From positions 717,682 through 781,681 of the forward strand of contig CAVYIM010000003.1 of NCBI GenBank assembly GCA_963768655.1: a stretch of DNA of 64,000 nucleotides, read 5' to 3'. Shown in pieces: positions 39,704-48,189 of the stretch; positions within the stretch are counted from its first letter, which is position 1; each line of letters opens with the position of its first letter. The stretch comes from an uncultured Chloroflexia bacterium (GTDB lineage: Bacteria; Chloroflexota; Limnocylindria; Limnocylindrales; CSP1-4). The translations under genes and the position numbers were made by a program. The notes under the pieces were generated by a model that was given only the letters and a program-made list of their open reading frames with translations, had not been told where the DNA came from and searched no databases.

Positions 39704-41185
39704 ATGTACCCGCACCATGAGAGGGTGCGAGACGTCCGTTTACGCGACGCTTTCAATGTGGGCTCGTGGCTCCGCTTTCGGGGGGACGGCAGTTCGCCCG
39801 GATTCGACACGCAATCGATCTCGCTGACGTGGACGTTGCTCTCCGTCGCGATAGCGCTCCTTCTCGGGCAGGCGTTGGTCGGTTTCGTGGTGGGCCGAAA
39901 CAGCCTCGCCGATCTCGCCCTGGCGATCGCGACCGCGCTGCTGGTGGCCTCGGCCGTTCTGAATGCCCGCGCCTCGGGCATTCGCGCGGAGAGACGCCAC
40001 TCCGAGTCCGAGAGCTTCGGCCGGCTCCTCCAGGCTCTGTCGCGATCCGTGTCGCCGAACGCGGTCATCGAGGCCATCGTGCATGAGCTCGGCACGGCGA
40101 CGCGGGCGGACCACGTGGCGGTCGTGCAGAAGCGGCCCGGCGGCACCGTCCTCGACGTGAGTTTCGTGTCGATGCTGCCGGGATCGCCGGCCTCGAACAC
40201 CGTCATGCCCGTTGGGCAGCTGGCGCCCGTCGAGACGCGAAAGCTGCGCATCGCGCCGCGGCCGGCGAGCGGTTCGGCTCCCGACGCCGGCGGATCGGGC
40301 GGTTGGAACGAAGAGGCGGACGACGCGTCGGCGCGCGGGCGCTCTCTGCACTGGCAGTCCCAGGCCGAGCGGCGTCCGACCGACGACGGCCTCCGGAGAC
40401 GCGGCTGGCGGCCGCCGGAGTTCATCGCTCCCGTCCAGGAGGATGGAGTGAACGCCCGCGACGTGGCCAACCAGATCGCCCACCGATTGCGGGATGCGTA
40501 CGGCCTTCGGAATACTCTGGCCGCGCCTCTGCTGGAAGGCGATTCGATCGTCGGGGCGATCGTCCTTTCGCGCCGCACCAGCGAGCCGTGGACGGACTCT
40601 TCGGTCCGGCTGCTGAACAGCGCGGCCGGCGAGACGACGGCGGCGCTGGCCAGGGTCTACTCGCACCAGGCCGCCGAGGCGGAGGCGCGCACCGACCAGC
40701 TGACGCAGCTGCCGAACCGGCGCTACTTCGACGAGTACTGCACGCTCGTAGCCAGCCGCCGGCGGGCCACCGACCGGGTCGCGATTCTGGCCGTCGACGT
40801 CGACCACTTCAAGCGCGTCAACGACATGTACGGGCACCAGATCGGCGACCAGGTCCTGCGAGCCATCGGCGACGCGATTCAGGCGTCGGTCCGCGGCGAG
40901 GATCTGCCGGCCCGCTATGGCGGCGAGGAGTTCATGGTCCTGCTGCGGAACCCGAGCGCCGGCGTGGCCCTGGAGATCGGCGAGCGGATACGCACCACGG
41001 TACGGGAGCTGGACCTCGTCGACGCGGGCGTGACGGATCGCGTAACGGTTTCGCTGGGAGTGGCGTCCGGGCTCGCCAGCGACGAGTCGATCTCGGAGAT
41101 CGTGGAGCGGGCGGACCGGGCGCTCTACGCGGCCAAGCGCACGGGCCGCGACCGGGTTGTGGAGGCCTGGCCTTCGGAGGGGTGA
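39704..41185 (+). CDS. membrane-anchored diguanylate cyclase (GGDEF) with a GAF-like sensor region
   Basis: 'DQLTQLPNRRYFDEY', 'LAVDVDHFKRVNDMYGHQIGDQVL', 'ARYGGEEFMVLL' (GGEEF) and 'ADRALYAAKRTGRDRV'. Two N-terminal TM helices. The start is uncertain (ATG 39704 or GTG 39758). Confidence 0.85.
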   Translation: MYPHHERVRDVRLRDAFNVGSWLRFRGDGSSPGFDTQSISLTWTLLSVAIALLLGQALVGFVVGRNSLADLALAIATALLVASAVLNARASGIRAERRHSESESFGRLLQALSRSVSPNAVIEAIVHELGTATRADHVAVVQKRPGGTVLDVSFVSMLPGSPASNTVMPVGQLAPVETRKLRIAPRPASGSAPDAGGSGGWNEEADDASARGRSLHWQSQAERRPTDDGLRRRGWRPPEFIAPVQEDGVNARDVANQIAHRLRDAYGLRNTLAAPLLEGDSIVGAIVLSRRTSEPWTDSSVRLLNSAAGETTAALARVYSHQAAEAEARTDQLTQLPNRRYFDEYCTLVASRRRATDRVAILAVDVDHFKRVNDMYGHQIGDQVLRAIGDAIQASVRGEDLPARYGGEEFMVLLRNPSAGVALEIGERIRTTVRELDLVDAGVTDRVTVSLGVASGLASDESISEIVERADRALYAAKRTGRDRVVEAWPSEG

Positions 41186-41213
41186 CGCCGCCGGCTGGGG
41201 CTACCATTCGGGC

Positions 41214-43107
41214 GTGGAGCCTTCGCCCTCAGCCGAGCCTTCGCCCTCAGCCGAGCCTTCGGCCAGGGTCGAGCTTTCGCCGGCCGCCCTTTCGAACGGC
41301 GAGCTGGCGCGCATCTTCCATGAGATCGGCGACATGCTCGAAGTCAAGGGCGAGCTCGTCTTCAAGACCGTGGCCTACCACAAGGCAGCCGACGCGATCG
41401 CGCATTCGCCCGTGGAGGTTTCGCGCGCCTACCTGGACGGCCGGCCGCCGCGGATCCCGGGCGTCGGTGAGGCGATCGCGAAGAAGATCGAAGAGCTGGC
41501 CCGAACCGGCCACCTGGCTTTCTACGAGCGGTTGCGCGAGGAGGTGCCGCCCAGTCTGGTGGCGTTGCTGGAGATCCCCGGTGTCGGGCCGCGGACGGTC
41601 AAGCAGCTGCACGAGGAGCTGGCCGTCGAGACGCTGGACGATCTCCGGCGGGCGGCGGAGGCAGGCGCCCTGCGGTCGCTCAAGGGCATGTCGGCCAAGA
41701 CGGAGGAACAGATCCTGGCCGGCATCGCGGCCCTGGAGACGCGCCAGGAACGGATGCGTCTGGGCCAGGCCGAGGCAATAGTCGAGACTCTTCTGGCCGA
41801 GCTCTCCGATGTACCGGGGTTGCGCTCGCTGACGCCGGCGGGGTCCTTCCGCCGCCGCCGCGAGACGATCGGCGACCTCGACCTACTGGCGGAGACCGAT
41901 CGACCGGCCGAGCTGGTGGAGCGGTTCACCACTCTCGGATCGGTCGAGTCGGTGCTGGCCAAGGGGCCGCACAAGGCCGCCGTTCGTCTGCTGCGTGGGC
42001 CCCAGGTGGATCTGATGATCATGCCGCCCGGGGAGGCGGGCACGTACCTGATCCACTTCACCGGGTCGAAGGAACACAACGTCCGGCTGCGCGGGATGGC
42101 CCGCGACCGCGGCTGGAGCCTCTCAGAGAAAGGCTATCTGCGGCTCAATGAGGAGGGCGAGCCGGCGCTGGGGGAGTCCGGCGAGGCGGCCGAGCTCCGA
42201 ACCTTCCCGACCGAGGCGGACGCCTACGGCTTCCTCGGCCTGCCTTTCATCGAGCCCGAACTGCGCGAGGATCGAGGCGAGATCGAGGCGGCGATCGCGG
42301 GGACGCTGCCCGTGCTCGTGGCCCGTACCGACCTGCGCGGCGATTGCCACAGCCACTCCGACTGGTCGGACGGAGTGCACTCGATAGAGCAGATGGCGCT
42401 GGCGGCGCGGCGGCGCGGCTACTCCTACCTGGCCCTCACCGACCACACCGTCAGCCTGGCGATCGCCCGCGGGCTGGATCTCGAGCGGGTGGAGCGGCAG
42501 CGCCGGATCGTGGCGGCCCTGAACGAGCGGTTCGCCCGCGAGGAGGCCGACGGCACGGCTCCACCGGAGACGTCGACTGAGGGCTTCCGGCTGCTGCACG
42601 GCTGCGAGCTCGAGGTCCGCGCCGACGCCACGCTCGACTACCCGGACGAGCTGCTGGCTCGCTACGACCTGGTCGTCGCCTCGGTCCACGTCGCCCGGCG
42701 TCAGACGCGCCAGCAACTGACGGCTCGAACCCTCGCCGCCATCGGCAACCCCAACGTCGACATCATCGCCCACCCGGCCGGGCGCTACATCGGCAGCCGC
42801 GACGACCTCGATCTCGACTGGGACGCCGTCTTCGCCGAGGCCGCCCGGACCGGCACCGCACTCGAGCTGAACGGCTCGGACGAACGGCTGGATCTCTCGG
42901 ACGTTCGAGCCCGGCGAGCTGCCGAGTTCGGGTGCGTCTTCGTGGTCGAATTCAGACGCTCACCGCACCGAGGAGCTGGACAACCTTCGTTGGGGCACCG
43001 CCATGGCCCGCCGAGCCTGGCTCGGGCCCGATCGGGTGATGAACACCCGCTCCCGCGCTGAGCTTCTGGACTGGGCCGCCGCGAAGCCGGGGCGGCTGCA
43101 TCCATGA
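41214..43107 (+). CDS. polX: family X DNA polymerase with C-terminal PHP domain; apparent +1 frameshift at ~42949
   Basis: HhH 'NGELARIFHEIGDMLEVKGE..FKTVAYHKAA' and 'IPGVGPRTVKQL'. Palm 'GSFRRRRETIGDLDLL'. PHP 'DCHSHSDWSDG' and 'LTDH'. The annotated frame ends in nonsense ('EFRRSPHRGAG'). Deleting one A at 42949/42950 gives 'VVDSDAHRTEELDNLRWGTAMARRAWL' and a stop at 43105-43107. Confidence 0.85.
41217..41288 (+). repeat. 18-bp in-frame tandem repeat (2 perfect + 2 degenerate units) encoding EPSPSA
   Basis: gagccttcgccctcagcc occurs twice, followed by gagccttcggccagggtc and gagctttcgccggccgcc. The repeat begins right after the proposed polX GTG start. Confidence 0.9.
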
Positions 43108-43994
43108 CCGCGGCGACGGCCCGTCCTGGGCTCGGCTCGGAGACCCGCTCCGCGCCGCTGATCCAGTCGGTCACGTACCATGCCCAGATGCAGCAACGCA
43201 ACGGAGCCCGCGAGCTCGGGCTGGTCGTGGCCATGCTGGCGGCCTTCAGCCGGTTCGTCACGGATGCGCCGCTGTGGCTGGCGACCGGTCTGGTGGCGCT
43301 CGCGGCAGCCGCCGGTACTGCGAGCCTCCTCGGCGAGGTGCGGCCGTGGCGCTGGCCGCTGGATCGCATCTCGCTCCCGGCCACGGCAGCGTTCGTGTCG
43401 GTGGGGGCGGCCCGCCTCGGCGACCCTGTGCCGTGGCTGGCCGTCGCCTTCGCCGGCTCGTGGGCGCTCACGTGGTGGGTCGTCTCGATCGAGACGGCAT
43501 CGGGCACGGCAGGCGGAGAGCCCGGTTCGGTCGCGCCCGACGGCACTCACGCTCGGCCGACTGCCGCGCGTCTCGGTGCCTTCGGGCTGGCGTTTCTTGG
43601 TTACGCCGCCATCGGCGGCATCGTCCCTGGGGCCGTAGCCGAGCACGGACACCCGCTCTCGATCGCTGCGTTCCTGGCCACCATCGTGCTGGACGTGGCG
43701 ATCGGAGGTCTCGCCGGCTACCGTATCGCGGCCGTGCGGCCCCACACGCCGGGCGAAGTCGCCGTGGCCTTCTACCAGTACTCGATGGTCGTGGCTCCGG
43801 TCGGCGTCCTGGTCCGGGTGCTCGCGCTGCCGCGGCTCTTCGGCCCCGCGGTGCTGACGCTGGCCACGTATGTCGTGACGTCGCTGCGCGAGTCGGACGA
43901 GCCCGTCCGCTTCAATGCCCGACTCCTCGAGGAGACGGGAGTGCTCATCCTCGCCGGCGCGGCGGTGGTGGCCCTCGGCCTGCTCGTGAAGTAG
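43104..43994 (+). CDS. integral membrane protein, unknown function
   Basis: 296-aa ORF with ~7 hydrophobic helices. ATG 43104 overlaps (ATGA) the stop of the frame-corrected polX. No family recognised. Confidence 0.55.
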   Translation: MTAATARPGLGSETRSAPLIQSVTYHAQMQQRNGARELGLVVAMLAAFSRFVTDAPLWLATGLVALAAAAGTASLLGEVRPWRWPLDRISLPATAAFVSVGAARLGDPVPWLAVAFAGSWALTWWVVSIETASGTAGGEPGSVAPDGTHARPTAARLGAFGLAFLGYAAIGGIVPGAVAEHGHPLSIAAFLATIVLDVAIGGLAGYRIAAVRPHTPGEVAVAFYQYSMVVAPVGVLVRVLALPRLFGPAVLTLATYVVTSLRESDEPVRFNARLLEETGVLILAGAAVVALGLLVK

Positions 43995-44094
43995 GAGCGC
44001 GGGCAGGCGGGCGAGTGGCCGCCGGGGGCGGACGGTGTATCGGCGACCCGGCCGGCAACGTCACGCCAGGGGACGGCGAGCAGAGTGTCGGAAC

Positions 44095-45360
44095 CTACGG
44101 CTGGAAGATCTCGGCGGAGGCAACTGCCCAGGGGTCCTCGTTGGGGCCACCTCCGGCGATCAGGATCCGGCCATCGGCCAGAGTGGTGGCAGTGTGGCCC
44201 TGGCGGGCTGTGAACATTGGGCCAATGGCCGCAAAGGTTCCCGTGGCCGGGCTGAACAGCTCGGCCGAGCTGAGCGCCGCAGATGCGTCCATTCCACCCG
44301 CAACGAGGACCAGGCCGGTGGCCAGGAGGTTGGCCGTGTGGCCGATGCGGGCGCTCGTCATCGCACCTGTGGGGCTGAAAGTACCAGTGCGTGGGTCGTA
44401 CAACTCCGCGCTGGAGAATGGATTACCAAAATCCGAGCCGCCGGCAATCAGAACGCGGCCGTCGGCGAGCAGAGTTGCCGTATGGGCGTAGCGACCCCTG
44501 CTCATCGAGCCGGTCGGAGAGAACCTGCCAGTTCGAGGGTCGTACAACTCGGCAGTAGACGTGACCGACAGCCCGCCCTCGTCGCCTCCAGCAATCAGGA
44601 CGCGGCTGTCGGCCAGAAGAGTGGCGGTTTGACCCTCGCGCGCCAGATTCATTGATCCCGTGCGGGTGAACCTGCCGCTCGTCGGGTCATAGATCTCGGC
44701 GGAGGCGACTGGAACCCCGCCATTCTGGCCACCCGTTATGAGGACGCGGCCGTCTGCAAGCAGAGTGGCCGTTTGGTTGTCTCGAGACTCGTGCATAGAT
44801 CCGGTCCTGGTGAACCTGCCGGTCTGGGGGTCATACAGTTCAGCCGTGGCGATCTCCGCCAGACCCGTGCAGACGCCGCAGCTCCCAGAGTAGGTCGCGA
44901 AGCCAACTCCGCCTGTGACGAGCACGCGACCGTCGAGGAGCAGGGTCGCTGTGTGGTTCTCGCGAGCGTCGTGGAGCGAACCGGTCGAGGTGAAGGTGCC
45001 TGTCTTTGGGTCGTACAGCTCGGCGGAGGCGAGGGGCTGCGGGTAACTGTCACCTCCTGCGCCGCCGCCGACTATGAGCACGCGGCCGTCGGACAGCAGT
45101 GTGGCGGTTTGCTCGACCCTGGCCGTCGTCATCGAGCCTGTCGCCGTGAATGTGGGTGGCGGAGTCTGTATGGCGCTCGGAGAGGGCGTCAGGGTCGGGG
45201 CGGGCGTCGGACTCGAACTCGGACGCGGCGATTGAATAGGAGTGGCGCTCTGTGTCGGCGATCCAGTGGCTGAGCCTGCTGAACAGCCGGCCATCAGGAG
45301 GATCAGTAGCACGGCTAGCCCCGAACCGACACGTGGCCTACCCTGCACCACCGAGGTCAT
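44095..45360 (-). CDS. seven-bladed Kelch-repeat beta-propeller lipoprotein
   Basis: Lipobox 'LLILLMAGCSAG' and a Pro/Ser/Thr linker. Then seven units of 'TGSM..AR..HTATLL.DGRVLI.GG....(A/S)SAELYDP.TG.F'. Confidence 0.8.
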   Translation of the reverse strand: MTSVVQGRPRVGSGLAVLLILLMAGCSAGSATGSPTQSATPIQSPRPSSSPTPAPTLTPSPSAIQTPPPTFTATGSMTTARVEQTATLLSDGRVLIVGGGAGGDSYPQPLASAELYDPKTGTFTSTGSLHDARENHTATLLLDGRVLVTGGVGFATYSGSCGVCTGLAEIATAELYDPQTGRFTRTGSMHESRDNQTATLLADGRVLITGGQNGGVPVASAEIYDPTSGRFTRTGSMNLAREGQTATLLADSRVLIAGGDEGGLSVTSTAELYDPRTGRFSPTGSMSRGRYAHTATLLADGRVLIAGGSDFGNPFSSAELYDPRTGTFSPTGAMTSARIGHTANLLATGLVLVAGGMDASAALSSAELFSPATGTFAAIGPMFTARQGHTATTLADGRILIAGGGPNEDPWAVASAEIFQP

Positions 45361-45556
45361 CCGCGACTCCCCGTCAGATGCGACGGCGCCAAGCGTCGCC
45401 CTGGCGCTCAGTATGGCCCTTGCTCGCAATGCGACTGTGGCGCCAAACGTACGGAGATCGCGGCCGACCGGCTGGCAGTATCGGCGGTGGCGGGGGCGTC
45501 ACTCCCCTGCGCTACTCCCCGTGCGGGGCGGGCCCGCGGCGTCGATACTGCTCGCC

Positions 45557-46342
45557 ATGATCCGACGCGTGACCGCCACCCGCTACGTGACGCCGCTGCG
45601 CGAGGGTGGCTCTCTGCCCGCGATCGTCGAGGCCGACGACGACGGCCTGTACGTGGCCAAGTTCCGTGGCGCCGGCCATGGTGAGAAGGCGCTCGTCGCG
45701 GAGCTGGTCGCGGGCGAGATCGGACGCGCCTTGGGCCTGCTCGTGCCGGAGATCGTGCTCGTGGACTTTGACGCCCGCCTGGCGGCCGCCGAGCCCGACG
45801 CGGAGATCCGGGAACTGCTCCAGCGGAGCAGCGGCCTCAACGTAGGGTTGGACTTCCTCCCGGGCGCGCTGGGGTTCGATCCGGCCGCCGGCTTCCGGCC
45901 CCCGCCCGACCTTTCCGCAGACGTCGTCTGGTTCGACGCTTTCGTAACCAACGTCGACCGCGACGCCCGGAACACGAACATGCTCGTGTGGCACAAGCGG
46001 CTGTGGTTGATCGACCATGGCTCGGCGCTGTACATCCACCACAGCTGGCGCGATCCGGCCGGCCACGCCCGCCGGCCGATGGCCGAGATCGCGAGGAACG
46101 TGCTCCTGCCGTATTCGAGCTCGATCCTCGAGGCAGACGAACGGCTGGCGTCGAAGCTCACGCCCGAGCTTCTGGCCGAGATAGTCGCGGCGGTGCCCGA
46201 CGACTGGCTGCCGCCCGATCCCGCCAGGCCCGAGCTGGCCACCGCGGCGGCACATCGGGCCGCGTACCGAGACTATCTGGAGCGTCGGATCGCCGCGCCG
46301 CGGGCGTTCGCGCAGGAGGCGGAACGTGCCCGCGTCGCGTAG
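45557..46342 (+). CDS. HipA-like / PI3-4-kinase-fold protein kinase family protein (uncharacterised)
   Basis: 'VTPLREGGSLPAIVEADDDGLYVAKFRGAGHGEKALVAELVAGEIGRALGL' and 'FDAFVTNVDRDARNTNMLVWHKRLWLIDHGSAL' (catalytic-loop D..N and DHG/DFG-like). The family is recalled from memory, not searched. Confidence 0.65.
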   Translation: MIRRVTATRYVTPLREGGSLPAIVEADDDGLYVAKFRGAGHGEKALVAELVAGEIGRALGLLVPEIVLVDFDARLAAAEPDAEIRELLQRSSGLNVGLDFLPGALGFDPAAGFRPPPDLSADVVWFDAFVTNVDRDARNTNMLVWHKRLWLIDHGSALYIHHSWRDPAGHARRPMAEIARNVLLPYSSSILEADERLASKLTPELLAEIVAAVPDDWLPPDPARPELATAAAHRAAYRDYLERRIAAPRAFAQEAERARVA

Positions 46343-46727
46343 TCCCTTCGCGTACACCGTGCTTCGGGCCGTGCCGCACGTGGACCGGGGCGAGTTCATC
46401 AACGTCGGCGTCGTCCTGTTCTGTCGAGAGAAGAGGTTCCTGGGGGCGCGGATCGGGCTGGATCAGGCGCGCCTCGCGGCGCTCGAGCCCGACTGCGACG
46501 CGGCCGCGATCCGGACCCAGCTCGAAGCCGTCGTTCGAGTGGCCGAAGGCGACGCGGACGCCGGCCCGATCGCCCGCCTCTCCCAGTCCCAGCGATTCCA
46601 CTGGATCTCCTCACCGCACAGTACGGTCGTCCAGCGTTCGGAAGCCCACACGGGCTTGACCGACGATCCGGCGGCCACGCTCGAACACCTCTTCCGGACC
46701 CTGGTCGCTGCACCGGGATCGACCTGA
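46326..46727 (+). CDS. DUF3037-like protein
   Basis: 'FAYTVLRAVPHVDRGEFINVGVVLFC' matches the DUF3037 N-terminal signature as I remember it. The GTG start overlaps the kinase gene by 17 nt. Confidence 0.65.
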   Translation: MPASRSPFAYTVLRAVPHVDRGEFINVGVVLFCREKRFLGARIGLDQARLAALEPDCDAAAIRTQLEAVVRVAEGDADAGPIARLSQSQRFHWISSPHSTVVQRSEAHTGLTDDPAATLEHLFRTLVAAPGST

Positions 46728-46911
46728 TCGCGGGCGCCCCCGGCCGGGGCCTGGCGCACCGCGCCGCTTCTTGCCGATTTCACATCACGACGACATCGGG
46801 CCGCCGACCACGGCCTTGCCGCATGTCGCCCTGGAGCTTGAATCAGGGAACCCTCGACGCGAACCCTGCCGCCGCGAACCTGCCCCGCCTCACGTTCGCG
46901 CTCGCCCCGCG

Positions 46912-46940
46912 TTGACAGTGTTCGCGGGGGATGCTAGAAA
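46912..46940 (+). promoter_or_regulatory. candidate sigma-70-type promoter (TTGACA-17 nt-TAGAAA)
   Basis: Perfect TTGACA at 46912-46917 in an intergenic region. The -10 candidate at 46935-46940 is weak. Confidence 0.2.
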
Positions 46941-47077
46941 GCATGGTCCGGGCGGGTTCGCTCCCGTCGGAATTGGCGTGCCTCCAGCGAGGCGGCAACC
47001 CGTCGTCTCGCAGCCCATCGCAGCACGGCTCATCGCCGCGCGTCGGTCCGGCGCAGTTGACGAAAGGAACCTCATCC

Positions 47078-47929
47078 TTGGTTTTCCCCGAGATCGAAAA
47101 GGGCACCGGCGGCAACGCCGTTCGGATCAAGCGTCAGCTGTCTGAATTGGCGATAGCTCATGCCTCGGACGGGCACTGGGCGGAGGCCGCGGACACCAAC
47201 CGCAAGATCCTGGAGATGGGACCCGACGCCGAGGCCGAGAACCGCCTGGCCAAATCCCTGTGGGAGCTGGGCGAGCTGGGCGAAGCGCGCGAGCACTACC
47301 AGATCGCACTCGCCCTGGATCCGACGAATCGCATCGCCGAGCGCAACATCGAGCGCCTGAGGGTGCTGATGAGCGAGGCCGGCGACAAGACCGTGGCCGC
47401 GGAGAAGGCCGGCAAGGCGCCCGTCGCCATCTTCGTCGAAGAGACCGGCAAGACCGGCTTCGCGATGCTCACGGACCTGGCCGCGCCCCGAACCCTCGCC
47501 CACGTCAACCCGGGCGACGCGGTCGAGTTGCTTCCCGAAGGCAATCGGCTCTTCGCCGTGGCCAACGGAACTCGCATCGGGATCGTCGAGCCACGCGTCG
47601 CGGCCCGGCTGCTCAAGCTGGTAGCCGACGGCAACAAGTACTCGGCCGGGATCACCTCGCTGGGCGACCGCGATGTCCGCATCGTGATCCGCGAGATCTT
47701 CCAGGACCCCCGCAACTACGGCAAGGTCAGCTTCCCCACCGCCGCCCGATCGTCGGACCTGCGCCCCTACACGAAGGGCACGCTCCTGCGCGAGGAGGAG
47801 CTGATGGAGGAGGAGCTCGAGGACGACGAGGAAGACGAGGAGATCGAGGACCTCGACCGCGTCCTTCCGGCCGAAGTCACCGGCGACGAGGCCTTCGAAG
47901 AGGAGCCCGACGAGCTCGAGGAGCCATAG
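47078..47929 (+). CDS. TPR protein with a HIRAN-like beta domain and a poly-acidic C-terminal tail
   Basis: TPR-like helices 'GHWAEAADTNRKILEMGPDAEAENRLAKSLWELGELGEAREHYQIALALDPTN'. Then 'VNPGDAVELLPEGNRLFAVANGTRIGIVEPRVAARLLKLVADGNKYSAGITSLGDRDVRIVIRE'. Tail 'EEELMEEELEDDEEDEEIEDLD'. The start is uncertain: TTG 47078 follows GAAAGGA, and the ORF opens at ATG 46931. Confidence 0.6.
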   Translation: MVFPEIEKGTGGNAVRIKRQLSELAIAHASDGHWAEAADTNRKILEMGPDAEAENRLAKSLWELGELGEAREHYQIALALDPTNRIAERNIERLRVLMSEAGDKTVAAEKAGKAPVAIFVEETGKTGFAMLTDLAAPRTLAHVNPGDAVELLPEGNRLFAVANGTRIGIVEPRVAARLLKLVADGNKYSAGITSLGDRDVRIVIREIFQDPRNYGKVSFPTAARSSDLRPYTKGTLLREEELMEEELEDDEEDEEIEDLDRVLPAEVTGDEAFEEEPDELEEP

Positions 47930-48189
47930 GCCGGACTTCGCCCCGTAGAAGGTGCGGGTCGGCCGTAGCACCGACCGCCGAAAGGGCGTCGGCCCGCGTT
48001 GGATCGACCGCCCGCGATTGTCGTGGCCGCCAACGCGCGCTCGCGTCTCGCGCGTCGCTGATGATCGCGCGCTCGCGTCTCACGCGCTCGCGTCGCGCGC
48101 GCTCGCCGGGCGGGCCGCTCGACATCCATCGACGCCATGACTTCGCGCGCGGCCGATCCGGCCCGGCACGCGTCTGTCACAATTGGCGC

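Noticed and set aside
42948-42953. GAATTC at the polX frameshift as a possible cloning or chimera junction
   Set aside because: PolX PHP-domain coding sequence is collinear on both sides of the site. A single extra A explains the shift.
47260-48189. N-terminal 310 codons of the 1325-aa ORF
   Set aside because: This part overlaps the TPR gene out of frame and is Arg/Gly/Pro filler. Recognisable sequence begins at ATG 48190. Similar upstream extensions were trimmed at 22845-23093, 25476-25721, 27291-28580, 34307-35428 and 45242-45556.
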